From: Yuukianura sp. NJ FZ-2021
Lineage: Eukaryota
Direction of reading: 5' to 3'
Length of the DNA: 64,000 nucleotides
Assembly (NCBI GenBank): GCA_046563655.1
Contig: CM102285.1
Span: 9,238,001-9,302,000 of the forward strand
Shown here: positions 24,861 to 36,202 of the stretch, in pieces
Numbering within the stretch: position 1 is the first letter of the stretch
How the letters are laid out: every line of letters starts with the position of its first letter
The notes under the pieces: model-generated
What the model saw: only the letters and a program-made list of their open reading frames with translations
Told to the model about the DNA's origin: nothing
Databases searched by the model: none
Position numbers and translations under genes: made by a program

Positions 24861-27800
24861 ATGGAAGACACTTGGAACGTGACATTGTTACCCTTTGGGT
24901 CATTTCCACTGTTTGAAGAGGTCTATGACCCAGATGACTCTGAGACATATTCCAACTTTAATCCAAATCAAACATCTCCGCCTGACCCCCGTTCCGTGCC
25001 CTTTGACCTCAACAAGTCCTCGCCTGCCATTCCTCCAGAATTCCTGGAAATGAGTGTCAATTCCCGCAACTGTGTCATCGCTTACCTCTTTCTATTTGTC
25101 ATTGCAGCAACTGGGAATTTCTCCGTGTTTTTCACAGTGCTTCAGCAGCTTAGAAGGACAAAGTCTCGCATCAGTGTTTTCATCCTGCATTTGTCCTTAG
25201 CTGACCTCATGGTGACATTTGGCGTTATACCGCTCGAAGTCGTTTGGAGGATCACCGTCTGGTGGTATGGGGGGAACGGACTTTGCAAATTGTGCAAATT
25301 CTTTTCAGCATTTGGGCTCTACCTGTCCTCCTTCGTCCTCATATGCATAAGTATGGACAGGTACTTTGTCATTATCCATCCGCTGAAAGTAGCAAATGCT
25401 CGGAGGCGAGGTCGCATCATGCTATTGATTGCCTGGATCATGGCCACAGTTTGCTCACTACCTCAGGTAAGTTTTTAACATAAGTTTAAGATTTAGTTTG
25501 GTATAACGTTACAACCTAAAATGATCTAATGTGATTAGGTATGATTAGGACCTTTCTCTGTCATTTGTTGTAGAATATCCATTCTGTGGACTATTACTGA
25601 CCAATGACCTGTGCCTGGACTTTCACCAATTTGTGTTTTTCCTAAACCATAAAGTTTGGCCAACTTTTGTTAACATGTGAATCCTAAATGCTTCTAAACA
25701 CGCACACGGATTTCTTTAAATTGTACCCCACGACAGGTCAATTTTCTGTCCGATTTATTTCGTAGGTGTTTCGACATTCGTTGAATGCAATCCAATTTCC
25801 AAACTTTTCCACAGAATGCTAAGGTTCATAAAATAACTTTCACTTAAATTTAACACCCACGACCGACCTCCGCTTGGAAGTGACGAAAATGGGTGAAAAA
25901 ATAGACCATGGACGTATTGGTGAAAAGAAGAAAATTGGAGCGGTGCTATCGGTTTTTTTGTGAGGCTAAAAATTGGACAAAACAAGTTGTTCAGACAGAG
26001 AATGTTTTGAAATTTCTACAATTCCACTTTTGTTGTTGTCACATACAACTTTATGTCACACTTTTAATTAGTTTCCTTCCTACGTCAATGTCAACTGACA
26101 CTGTTGTTGTCCCCTTGCTCATTGAAGTGAAAGTGAGGAAAGTATAATGTGTGCCAAACATGCTTCAAGAACGTTTTCTTAACCTTGCTCTTCTACGTAT
26201 TGCCTTGGCCTTAGGACTGCTATAATTAGCGTTGAGATTGAAATGTGAGTTGTTTAGTTTGGATGGGGAAAGCAAACTTTTCGGAGAATAATTGGTTTCG
26301 AAAAATTTTATATTGGCGTTACAAAAGGCTCTCTCCCTCCAAACTTTCAAAAAAACTATTCACACAAACTTTTTTTTTGGCGACTGCCAATTTTGATTTA
26401 CAGGAGGTGAAAGTCGCAAGTAAAGCTCTTCAACAATTGAAGAACCCCGGACACACCTTTCCTCGAAAAGTTCTTTTTGCTAGGTGACTTCGAAATCACA
26501 TTTCCAAAGATTTCTTAATCAGCTTAACTTTCTCCATCCAACTTTTTCGAAGACCCAAATGTCATTTTTCATTGGTTTCAACACACTTTCTCCAATTCCA
26601 CTAGCAGTCTTGTTTTTTTTTCGTGACGAAAGACACGAAAACTTTAACGAAACACGTGAAAGAAGAAGGATAATGTTAATGTTATGGATACAACGATACA
26701 AGTGAAAGTCCAAAGGAGAAAGGGATAAAAATGTAAAACAGCCGTGCTAATTTTGTAAATGAAGTTTTGTATTAAAATGCTAAAGGTGTGTTTTTTTTTA
26801 GAAAAGATCTACGTTGTGTATAGCATCACAAGCACCCCATTAGAAGCTGCTAAGTACCTGATTAAATCTTTTCATTAACAAGACTACTAGGAAAAGCGAA
26901 GAAAAGGCTTAGTAACTGGTTTTCTCCCAATTTTATGACTTGAGTGACTTTGATCAATATAATGCGAATTTAAATGGAAAGAGTTAACAAGAAAGAGTTG
27001 CATTTAAATTGGCTTCCTATTGATGTTCTTTTTCAATTATTTTCCAAGTGCAATTTTTGTTGCTGCGCACATTATTGGTGCTCTGGAAGTTCGAAATTTA
27101 TTTTCCTCTCCCTTGAAACAACTTCCTAACACACCTTGTCCAACAAATGTTTTCTGCTATTACTAACTCCTGCATGTCCTTTTCCCTCCTTTTTGTAAGA
27201 GGAAAGTTTTCTTGACACAATTTCTTCCAAGGTTTTACCATTTACTGTATCCGTGGTTAGGTTAGGGAATACTAGAGTTTATGTTATGTTAGACTAGAAG
27301 CGAAGATTCAAAGACGCCGGATGGACAAAATGGTCTGACATGGCTGACTTCACTTCAACCGAACTCATATGCTGCAGTTTCTCCCGCAAAAGATTATGAA
27401 AATAAAAACAGACAGGCGAGGGTTTTACAAAAACGAATGGTTTTGGATTTGAATTTCATAGCAGGACTTGGCCTATTTTTTGAAAGGTTAACTTTCCTGG
27501 AACAGACAGAGCGGCATGATGAAAGTGAGTAATGAACTTGTATTAGGTTGCGTGGGAAGAATCTTATAGATTGAAGACGTGATAGTATTTGTGTAATTAG
27601 CAACCCAACCTTTCCCTCCTTTCTCTCGCGTCTCGCATCAATTTGGCACCCCAAACCTCGTGGAATTTAATTAAAATGGATGCACAAGGGTAACCTCAGA
27701 ATATAGAAAATAGTGTTCAAATTCGGGAAAATAAATTTTCCGTTGAGGTCAAACGGAATTTGGAAATTGGAGTTTCTTGTTGGGTGTGAACACGAGGACA

Positions 27801-30800
27801 GGTTTTGAGTAGCCTCGGAGAAAGTCATTAGCATCGATCTCTGTTCTGCGAGATAACCAGCATTATGTTCCCTCTTCCTCAAAAAAAATGTATGTAAACA
27901 GCCGAGATTATTTGAACAGATTTCATCCGGGAATCTAATGGTGTTATGGTTTTACTGGTTTGCTTTTCTTCTTCATTAAAACCGTCAAAAACAGGAAATG
28001 TCAACTCAAGTTTCAACCGAATGACAAAAATTGAGTTTGATACGACTTCAACATTTCTGTTTTCGAAGAATCACAAAATTACACATCCATTTTGGATGTC
28101 TGAAAAGTGAAAACCTATAAATACATAAAAAGTTGTTAAACCAAAAAAATATGCGGTTTAAATTTTAACTGGATTTCGGTTGACGTGAAGTCTAATTTTC
28201 TTTCGTTTCTTTCTTTTTTCATTCTCTAAAATTGGCTTAATTTGCATTCTTAATTAATCCCTTAATTTAAACAATAATTCTTTCTGATTAACTTCATTTA
28301 ACTTGGTCTTTAAAAACACTTGTAAACTTCGAAGAAGTTTAGAAAGCAGTTTGATTTCAATTTGAATTTAATTTTCGAGGTGACTTGAAACTTTGTAGCG
28401 TGTCAACAGCTAAAATGGAAAAAGCTGGGAACGTCCTCATTATCTTTTGTGCGTGTTGGGCTTTAGTATTCAGTCGATCAGCAAGTGACGAAGAGTTCGA
28501 CCACCGAAGTTTCGGTGAAATTGACGCAGATCAGAATGGAAAGATTGACGAAATAGAATACTTGAAAGTTGCTGTACGATATGGTTGGTCACTCCATAAT
28601 ATTGAAAAGGCTTTTGAAAAAGCGGACAAGAACAGAAACAACTGGATTTCATTTGACGAATGGAAAGCATGGGACGGAAACATTTGAAAACAATAATTAA
28701 CCAAAATTGATATGCACTTATGATAATTACTACCATTTCTCTTGCAAACATACATTCAAAGTGTTAAGAATATAGAATTAAGGCCAATGTAACAAAACAA
28801 CAACACACGGATGCAGGTTTTAATTAAAAACCAACTCATAAACTCTGTTTGTTTGTGTGCAACTTTTCTTCCTGACAGACGCTGTCTCCAAAAACCGGAG
28901 AAAGTTAATAGAGTAACTGTTCTTAACGCAATCGTAGTATTTGCTAAATAACACAACCAACCTCAGGCTAGTAAGGCTAACCTAACGCTGGAGTTGTTTA
29001 CTTAAAATGCGCTCTCACAGTGAAAGTCACGCCAAATTACGCTTACAAACTTCTTTAGAGGCTTTTTCACATGACGGGATTGCAAAGGTATTCCAAGTTC
29101 TCACTGTTTCTCCAAACGCGATTTTCGGATTTTTGCAAGGGCGGAACCCTTTTCAAATGCAATTTGGAAGACGAGTTCTTTGACTGAACAAGCAGAGCAC
29201 AAACTCAAATCAAAACGGAACAAACAATCCCCAATTTACTAAGAACATGAACTTGCAAATTGAGTTTTGAATGGAAGCGGAATAAGCCGTGGAGGCAGCA
29301 CAACTTTCAATCGAATTAGCTCAAGGTGTGAACAGGTTCAAATTCTCCTGGGAATTCTAAAATGAACCCCAAGGTCAACGTTCTCAGGTTTTCTTCAACC
29401 TTGTACACCATAAGCTTTAATACGCAGTTATGTTTTCGCAAAGCAGAAAATCAGGTTTCAATTTGATTATGGAGCTGTGAATTTTGGAGTAAATGGGTTT
29501 GTTTTTGTGTATAAAGATTTGATGAGAAGCGGAGAAAGCACGGTGTGTGGCATTGTTTTTTCCGCCTACTTTCTCTAGACAAATTCTCCTGTGGGCAATA
29601 ATTTTAGGAAATCTTGATGAAAGTCGGGCGCTTGGCTTCCATGAGCTTTATCAAGCTACCCACACTAACGAACTTCCACGACTTTTATGCATTGGGAACG
29701 ACGTTATACCTTCCCTGCATGCGCCAAAAGTCGATTTCAGAATTATCGGGTCCATCGAAGGCCATGATACTATTTTTAAAACTCATTTTCCCATTCAGTC
29801 GATGTTGACAAAGTAAAGGACAAATTTAATAGTAAAAAAATCTTTGTAAGATAGGAATAATTGTCGTAAGGCAATTCATGCTTGGACGTTTTTTTTTCCT
29901 CAAAATGCGAGAGGAATAATAGGAAATGAAAGCGAGTATTGACTAACTGAAGCGAGAAGAAAGTTGAAAGTAAGAATTCACTAATTGACCAATTATTTTT
30001 TAATTTAAGGTCTCAGTCTTTTTTTAATCACCGTAAAAATGTTTCAGGTACTTCAATAAATTAAAATCAACTTTATATCAACCTTAGCCAAAATTGAAGA
30101 ACACAAATTTTTTTTCGATAAGAGAGGCACAAAACAGAACAAGAAAAAGAATCCTAAGCGGACAATGCTTTCTTTCTTGCTACTATTTTCAATTTACATT
30201 TCCTAGTTTCAATTTTTTCCAATATCGACTGTATGTTCCTTTCTCTGCCTGCTGTCACTTTCCTTTTTCAATAAACCATGAATTTATGCCAGAAATAACT
30301 CAGCGGGAAACCACAAATTACAAAATCAATTTTACGCTTTGACGTAATACGTTCTGTACAAAACTATTAGCTAGTATTTTAAGAAATTGACATCAATCAT
30401 TGAGCTTCGCTGGATTTTACTAGCAACCACTGCGTTGAAAATCACTTAAAATGTGAACGCCGTGTCAAAACTCATCTGCTTGCTCTGGGATTGGTGACAT
30501 GGGGTCATTTATTTTAGGAAATGATTTACTGATGTTGGTGTTTGTGATTTGCAGGTCATAATTTTTCATGTGGAGAATCATCCCAAGTATCCCTCGTTCC
30601 AGCAGTGTGTGGCCATTGGTTTCTTTTCGTCACCCGGAGAAGAGTTAGTGTACAACGTCTTTTCAGTGTCATTCATGTATTTCATCCCCCTCACCATCGT
30701 CATCTTCACATACGCTAGAATTATCTCCAAAATTACGCGCAAGTCACGACAGCACTCAATGTCAAGTAGGTCCACGGCTTAAGTCATTTCCAATTTATAT

Positions 30801-33800
30801 TTTTAAACTCCATACTTAAACTGACCTTTGACCTTTAATCTTCTTGCAGGAAAAGCACCTGAATCAAACAGTGGCCGAATTCTTCTGCGCAGAAGTGATC
30901 CGTCCAATCACATGGAGCGAGCCAGAAATCGCACGCTGAAACTGACTTGTATCATCGTGACTGTGTTCGTGGTGTGCTCTACGCCCTACGTCGTGATGAC
31001 CCTCTGGTAAGGTCACTGCGTAGTCTCCGTAGTAGGTCAAACAAATGACATCAAATTAAAGCTGCCTCAGGTTCCACAAATCCGTCTGTCTTCCCAAATT
31101 TAGGCTCCTCTTTCCACTTTCGCCATTCATCTTCATCAAGATTCCTAGAGCAGAGCAGTCTGCTCAGAGCTCATCTTCAACATCTTAACATCTCATCTTA
31201 ACTAAATGTCTCTCTAGAGATTATTCCGAGTCTCCAGAATGCCATAAAGTATTTTATTAATGATAGACGCTACGAAACTCTTAACGTAAACGAAACGCAA
31301 AGAGGACTTCCGAGTTTCGGAAAAAACAAACAAACGAGTTTTGGATCGGTCAACAGAGAACTGGCCCTGTCTGAATTGATTTTTTCTTCAGTTCCTATTT
31401 TAGTTTTGACAGTAACTTAGCTGCATTAGCCTTCACTTTCACTTGCAGACTCTGCAAAAGAGAAGCATAGTCTCTCCATTCCGATTTTTAAGTGAGATAG
31501 AATCCCGCATTGCGTTTCATGAGCATTTCAAAGTTAGTTTATGACCATTTTCTCATAAACTGAGTGCGGACAGACTTTGTTATCTTTTCATCTCGGAAGT
31601 ACATCTCACGTCAAAGGAGATGAAGAAAGATGAGGATGGCCTTCTCAGCATGCAGTTGGGATGAGGGATGAAGTAGAAGTGAAAGCATAATTATCTTCCC
31701 TAGACAAAGTTACTTCCCTTTTGTCACTTTCCCAAGTGTACAATCACACGAACCTGAAGCTAAAATATTGCTCTTGCTCTACTTTCATAAAAACAGCTCT
31801 TCCAACAGAGTAACCAAAAAAAAAAGTTTTTAGGCCCATGTCCCCAACATAACTATCATTTGTATGCATCGAGAGTTCCATGTTTCCTAGAACAGGCTGA
31901 AAAAAATGAAAGCTGTGTCTTTATCCTCGTTGTAACCAATTTATTCCAGAGGCTAACAAAAAGCAAAACATTGATTTTCAACTCTCTTTACTGCTAAAGC
32001 TGTTAAGCTAACAAAAATACATATAGAAAAGTCCAAAAATGGAAAAATAAAACAGAGACTTTTCGGAAACCACAAGAGTTTTTGTGGAAAAGTTCTTGGG
32101 CAATTGGCTGGATGAAATGAAATCCCGTCTTACTTTGTTTCAGGGATTAAATGAATGAACTTCTAATTAGAGCTCTTGTGACAACCAGACACTGCCTTTC
32201 GGCGCCTCCAGCCGCAAAGCACTCCACAAATTTTAGAAAGCCGCTAAGCCCTTACTGATTGACTACTGACGTGACTTTGACATTGCGGTTGGTTTTCTCC
32301 TGCCACTTTCACTAGCTCCACTCTCATGCAAATTTGTCATAACAAGAGTGGTGTCGCTCTCTGAAGTGCTTTCATTCACAGTGATTGCGACTTTACGAAT
32401 GACTGGTGGAAACGACTTGTGGCGAGGATGTTCTTTGAGGGCAATGAATCAGGATCAGCTAGGCGCATAATTTAAAGTTTGTGGAATGGACTTCACTGCG
32501 GCAAGACTAAAAGAAGGGAAAGTGACAAAGTGAAAGTGTGTTTGTGAAGTGCTCTACTTCTGATGTAGCAGTGGTTTCTGGTTTAGCACAACTGTTATGG
32601 AAAATGATAATGGAAAGATAGGCTCCATTTCCTCTATGTTGACATGCAAAGGAAGGAAATCACATCACAATTCTTTCGCCAAAAGTAAAAACTCATAAGA
32701 CGTCAAACTCACTAGAATAAAACATCCGAAGTGGAAGCTGGAGTTGATTTAATTGCGTTTTTGTAAAGATAGACACAAACCAAGTTAGAAACTACTATCC
32801 AACTTCAATTTGAAACGAGTACGAATGTAATTGAAAATGTCCGAGAAGACCATCCAACGTCTGAGACCTTTGACCTGCAGAGACGCACGATGACCTCTGG
32901 AGGTCATAGACAGAACTGGACACTCCAGACTGAAACCAATACAGCAGTTGTTGACACTTGAATTGAACAAAACCCACAAAGTTTGATGTTTTTGTAAAGG
33001 TTAGGATTGAAATCACCTCTAAACACAGCAGCCTCCGCCACATTGTCCGTAGACTTGACACATCCAGACGTTTCGCTCACAGAACCACCGTCGTTGGTAG
33101 TCGTAGCCCAGAAGTTTACCTAAAAAAACAACAAGTTTAGTTAGATTCTTTAGCAAGTTGTGTTGAACTGTTGGCTTGAAGTCATACCCATTTTGACTTC
33201 TTCTGAACAACGTTCGTAGGAGGGACAAAAGGGCTTAAAGCTAAATGGTCGTCTCGTGTTACAGCAGAGTTTCTGGAAGCAAGGGTCACAGGTCAAACAA
33301 GAAACATTACAGTTCATAGGGCAGGAATTGCATCCAGACGATCCACCACAGCCTCCGCCGCACATCTTGTCTTGGACAGTTGACCCGAAAATTTAGAATT
33401 TAGAAAGTAGTTGGAAATAAGCGACTTCCTTCTCGGACTTTCGAGTTGGTACTGAAAAATCCGGTGTCTGTTTCCTTTCACTTGAAATTCGAAATACTGT
33501 AAACAAATAATCCACCCCTTGTTGCTATAGCAACGTTTCTATAAGTTGTACTCTTTTTTTAAAAAGAATTTTGCTCACAGATTGTAGGATACAAGAAACA
33601 TTGCCATTGGCAAACGGTTTTAGTGTGACATTTAAAAAAGAGAGTAATTTCCGGATCTTTGCAAGATTTAAAGTGTAAAAAAGTGTTTTTGAAATTTTTG
33701 TTAGGTGAGACAAGTCTTCTTTTCCCTTCGCTTGAAAAACTTTCACCATGGGAGAATACAAAGGATAGTGAAGTGAGCCCTTCGGGTGAAATTTTTTTTT

Positions 33801-36202
33801 GTCCAAAAGCGAATGAAAAACTTTGCAACATCATAACAAGTGAAAAGAAAAGAAATGTTTTTACTGAACTACTGAACAACAAGCTTATAATAATAAAGAA
33901 AACACACAGTCCTTGTTTCATTTTTACTGCACTCTTCTAACTTTCATTTTTTTTTCGAAATTTCAAAGCCGCCATTTCTTCCGCAATTTGAAACAAAAGC
34001 TTCCTTGAAAAGTCTCCTTGAAATGCATGCTGTCACTCCATGTTTGATAGCAGTAAATTGTAGATTTCATATAATTCTCTATGTCTCTCCCACTCCCACG
34101 TCCCACGTCAAATGTCATTCACGATTCCGGCATTTCCATACCTCCAATTTGAGAGCGAAAGCTTCAATCATATTTCCAAAACAACGTTTTCATTTGCCGT
34201 CTCCGCCTTTTTGAAGGTATTTTTGGACTTACTGAATGCCTTTTGTCCCATTTAACAACTGGCTTAGTTGGATTTGGAAATGATCAGAAATGAAATTTAT
34301 GAATGATTAATTTGTGATTAAAATGGGCCTTCAGTTGAAGTGGGATTTGGTTTGGTGAAAGTATAAAGTTTGGATTGGAATTTGATAGGCCTAAAGAGGG
34401 ACATAAAATTAACGACACTTGCTTCCACCTTTCCCCGAGGCACGTCTAAAGCTCAACGCTAAGCCAAGTTCACGCTATGGTATTTGAATATTTTTTACAG
34501 CACTTCACAGACTCTGCTTCGACGATCCCATAAATAAGAGAACACGCCCTACTTACTCCACTTTCACCGAAAACCCTTCACTAAGGTAGCCAATTCCCAG
34601 CACAAGGGGTTTGATAGGAAAATATCAATTCGAACGAGCGCTAGGCACGCCTAAGCTATTTGGAATAATGTCAGCAACTACTTCCATAACGAAGTGAGAA
34701 TACATGTTTCGGATTACAATATTAATATTGTCATTATTCCGATTATGCAGCATGAAATTAAACGTTCCGTAAAGCTAATGTTCGTTCACCACTCCGCTCG
34801 TTTCCTAAAATGGATCGTCGTTGTTTAAAAACGAGCTGAAGGAACTGCACTTCTTTTGATTTGAATTTACATGAAATAATTTGAATTTAAATGCAAACTT
34901 TGAAATTTTGCAGGTACATGTTTGACCGTGAAAGCGCAGCGAAAGTTGATGGCCAAATTCAGGATGCATTGTTTCTAATGGTAGTGTCTAACTCGTGTCT
35001 CAATCCGCTCGTTTACGGCACTTTTACACGCGAATGTCGTCAGTCTCTAACCAACTGCTGCGGCTACGCCAAAACCACGATGGTTAACGGAGATCAGCGC
35101 CAAGTACGGTCTAGAAGACGCGGCGGAGAAGTTGGGCGTGGTCTTCGACGCCAATCTCAGTTGAAGATGCTGTACACCACAGCGAAGCGACCCACAAGTA
35201 AGGAACTTGAATCCTTCAAGAACATAGCTGTACATCCTACCCGCATTAACCAACACTTCCCGCTGCAACAACCACCGAAACCATGTAAGAGACAAAGTCT
35301 CAAACCCAATTTAGCCCCTCAGTTGCACAATACAACTTTTCCATAAACTAAAAGTTCCATAGAAATTCTAGTGAAGAGATACTGAAAATGACTCCACAAA
35401 GAGAAAGCAAACAAACTTCTGATTCTGATTGTGTGATTCCATTTTGCAAAATTAGCGAAGCGTTGCGCAACTTTCTCTTCGACAATTTCTCAAAATTGTT
35501 CTGGAAAGCTAGTTTTAATTATGAATAGGATGTAGGAATAACTACAGGGTGGGCCCGTAAAGTCCTTACCCAAGTACAAGAAAGAGAAACTCTCAAATGA
35601 GTTTCAAATGAGAGAGTGAGAGGAAAAGAAAGAGGTTAAGGACTTAACGGGCCCACCCTGTATGAACGAAGGAATGTGAGATTTTAGGCTTACTTAGGAA
35701 TAGAAGTTACGTAAAAACGTGTCAGTCGAATTCCAACACTTTGTTGACTCTTTGCTAACGATTTGTTTTTATTTGACCAGTGTCCACTTGCCGAAATGGG
35801 AACTCGAATTCATCCATTCCGACGTCCTTAGCGACGCTTAATGACCCCTCATCTCCGCTACGCGGAACACAAGGTCATGGATTCTTCCGAGACTCTTTAA
35901 GGGGGTCACAGCGTAGAATTCAGCGCCAATCGAACCACTGCTACCCACCACCGCGTTCAGCGTCATTGAACCCAACGTACTTCGGCAGTCGACCACAACC
36001 CCCTCCAGAAAATTTCATCCAAGAGGAAAGTGAAATTCCGTCAGGAAATGGACCAACTTTCCCTGATCTTCCAAACCACAACACCGCTACTGCTGCTCCT
36101 GAAGAAATTAAGATGAACAAGAACTATTCCGTGGCCCTCTCTACGTGTACTGTTCTCTGTAAAATTGAAAATTCCAAACCCAATGGACTCACGATCGCAT
36201 AA
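24861..36202 (+). CDS. ACPR: GnRH-receptor-superfamily GPCR, most like the AKH/corazonin-related peptide (ACP) receptor
   Basis: Exons 24861-25466, 30555-30765, 30850-31006, 34914-35197 (inferred donor) and 35781-36202 are phase-compatible. Motifs [50 protein letters not shown] and [35 protein letters not shown] fit arthropod ACP receptors as recalled. The last exon is less certain. Confidence 0.88.
28415..28687 (+). CDS. Small secreted two-EF-hand protein (90 aa) nested in GPCR intron 1
   Basis: ATG in AAAATGG context after an acceptor at ~28398. Hydrophobic signal peptide, EF loops [12 protein letters not shown] and [12 protein letters not shown], and a TATAAA box at ~28116. Confidence 0.8.
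   Translation: MEKAGNVLIIFCACWALVFSRSASDEEFDHRSFGEIDADQNGKIDEIEYLKVAVRYGWSLHNIEKAFEKADKNRNNWISFDEWKAWDGNI
33019..33365 (-). CDS. Small Cys-rich protein (92 aa, 17 Cys), two exons, antisense-nested in GPCR intron 3
   Basis: Exon 33365-33188 (donor GTATGA) and exon 33119-33019 (acceptor TTTTTTTAG) join in phase 1 to give [19 protein letters not shown]...[40 protein letters not shown]. The ORF track splits it into two ORFs. Confidence 0.75.
33499..33534. promoter_or_regulatory. RFX X-box plus adjacent Forkhead site upstream of the Cys-rich gene
   Basis: Perfect palindrome GTTGCTATAGCAAC at 33521-33534 and GTAAACA at 33499-33505, 135-170 bp upstream of the minus-strand ATG at 33365. Confidence 0.7.
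35545..35660. mobile_element. Tc1/mariner-type MITE (116 bp) with TA target-site duplication
   Basis: TA|CAGGGTGGGCCCGTAAAGTCCTTA ... TAAGGACTTAACGGGCCCACCCTG|TA, with 23/24 TIR identity. Confidence 0.85.

Noticed and set aside
29540..29816. ORF-like segment on both strands in GPCR intron 1
   Set aside because: The minus frame has two stops, the plus ORFs lack an ATG start or any recognisable motif, and I cannot assign it as a gene or pseudogene.
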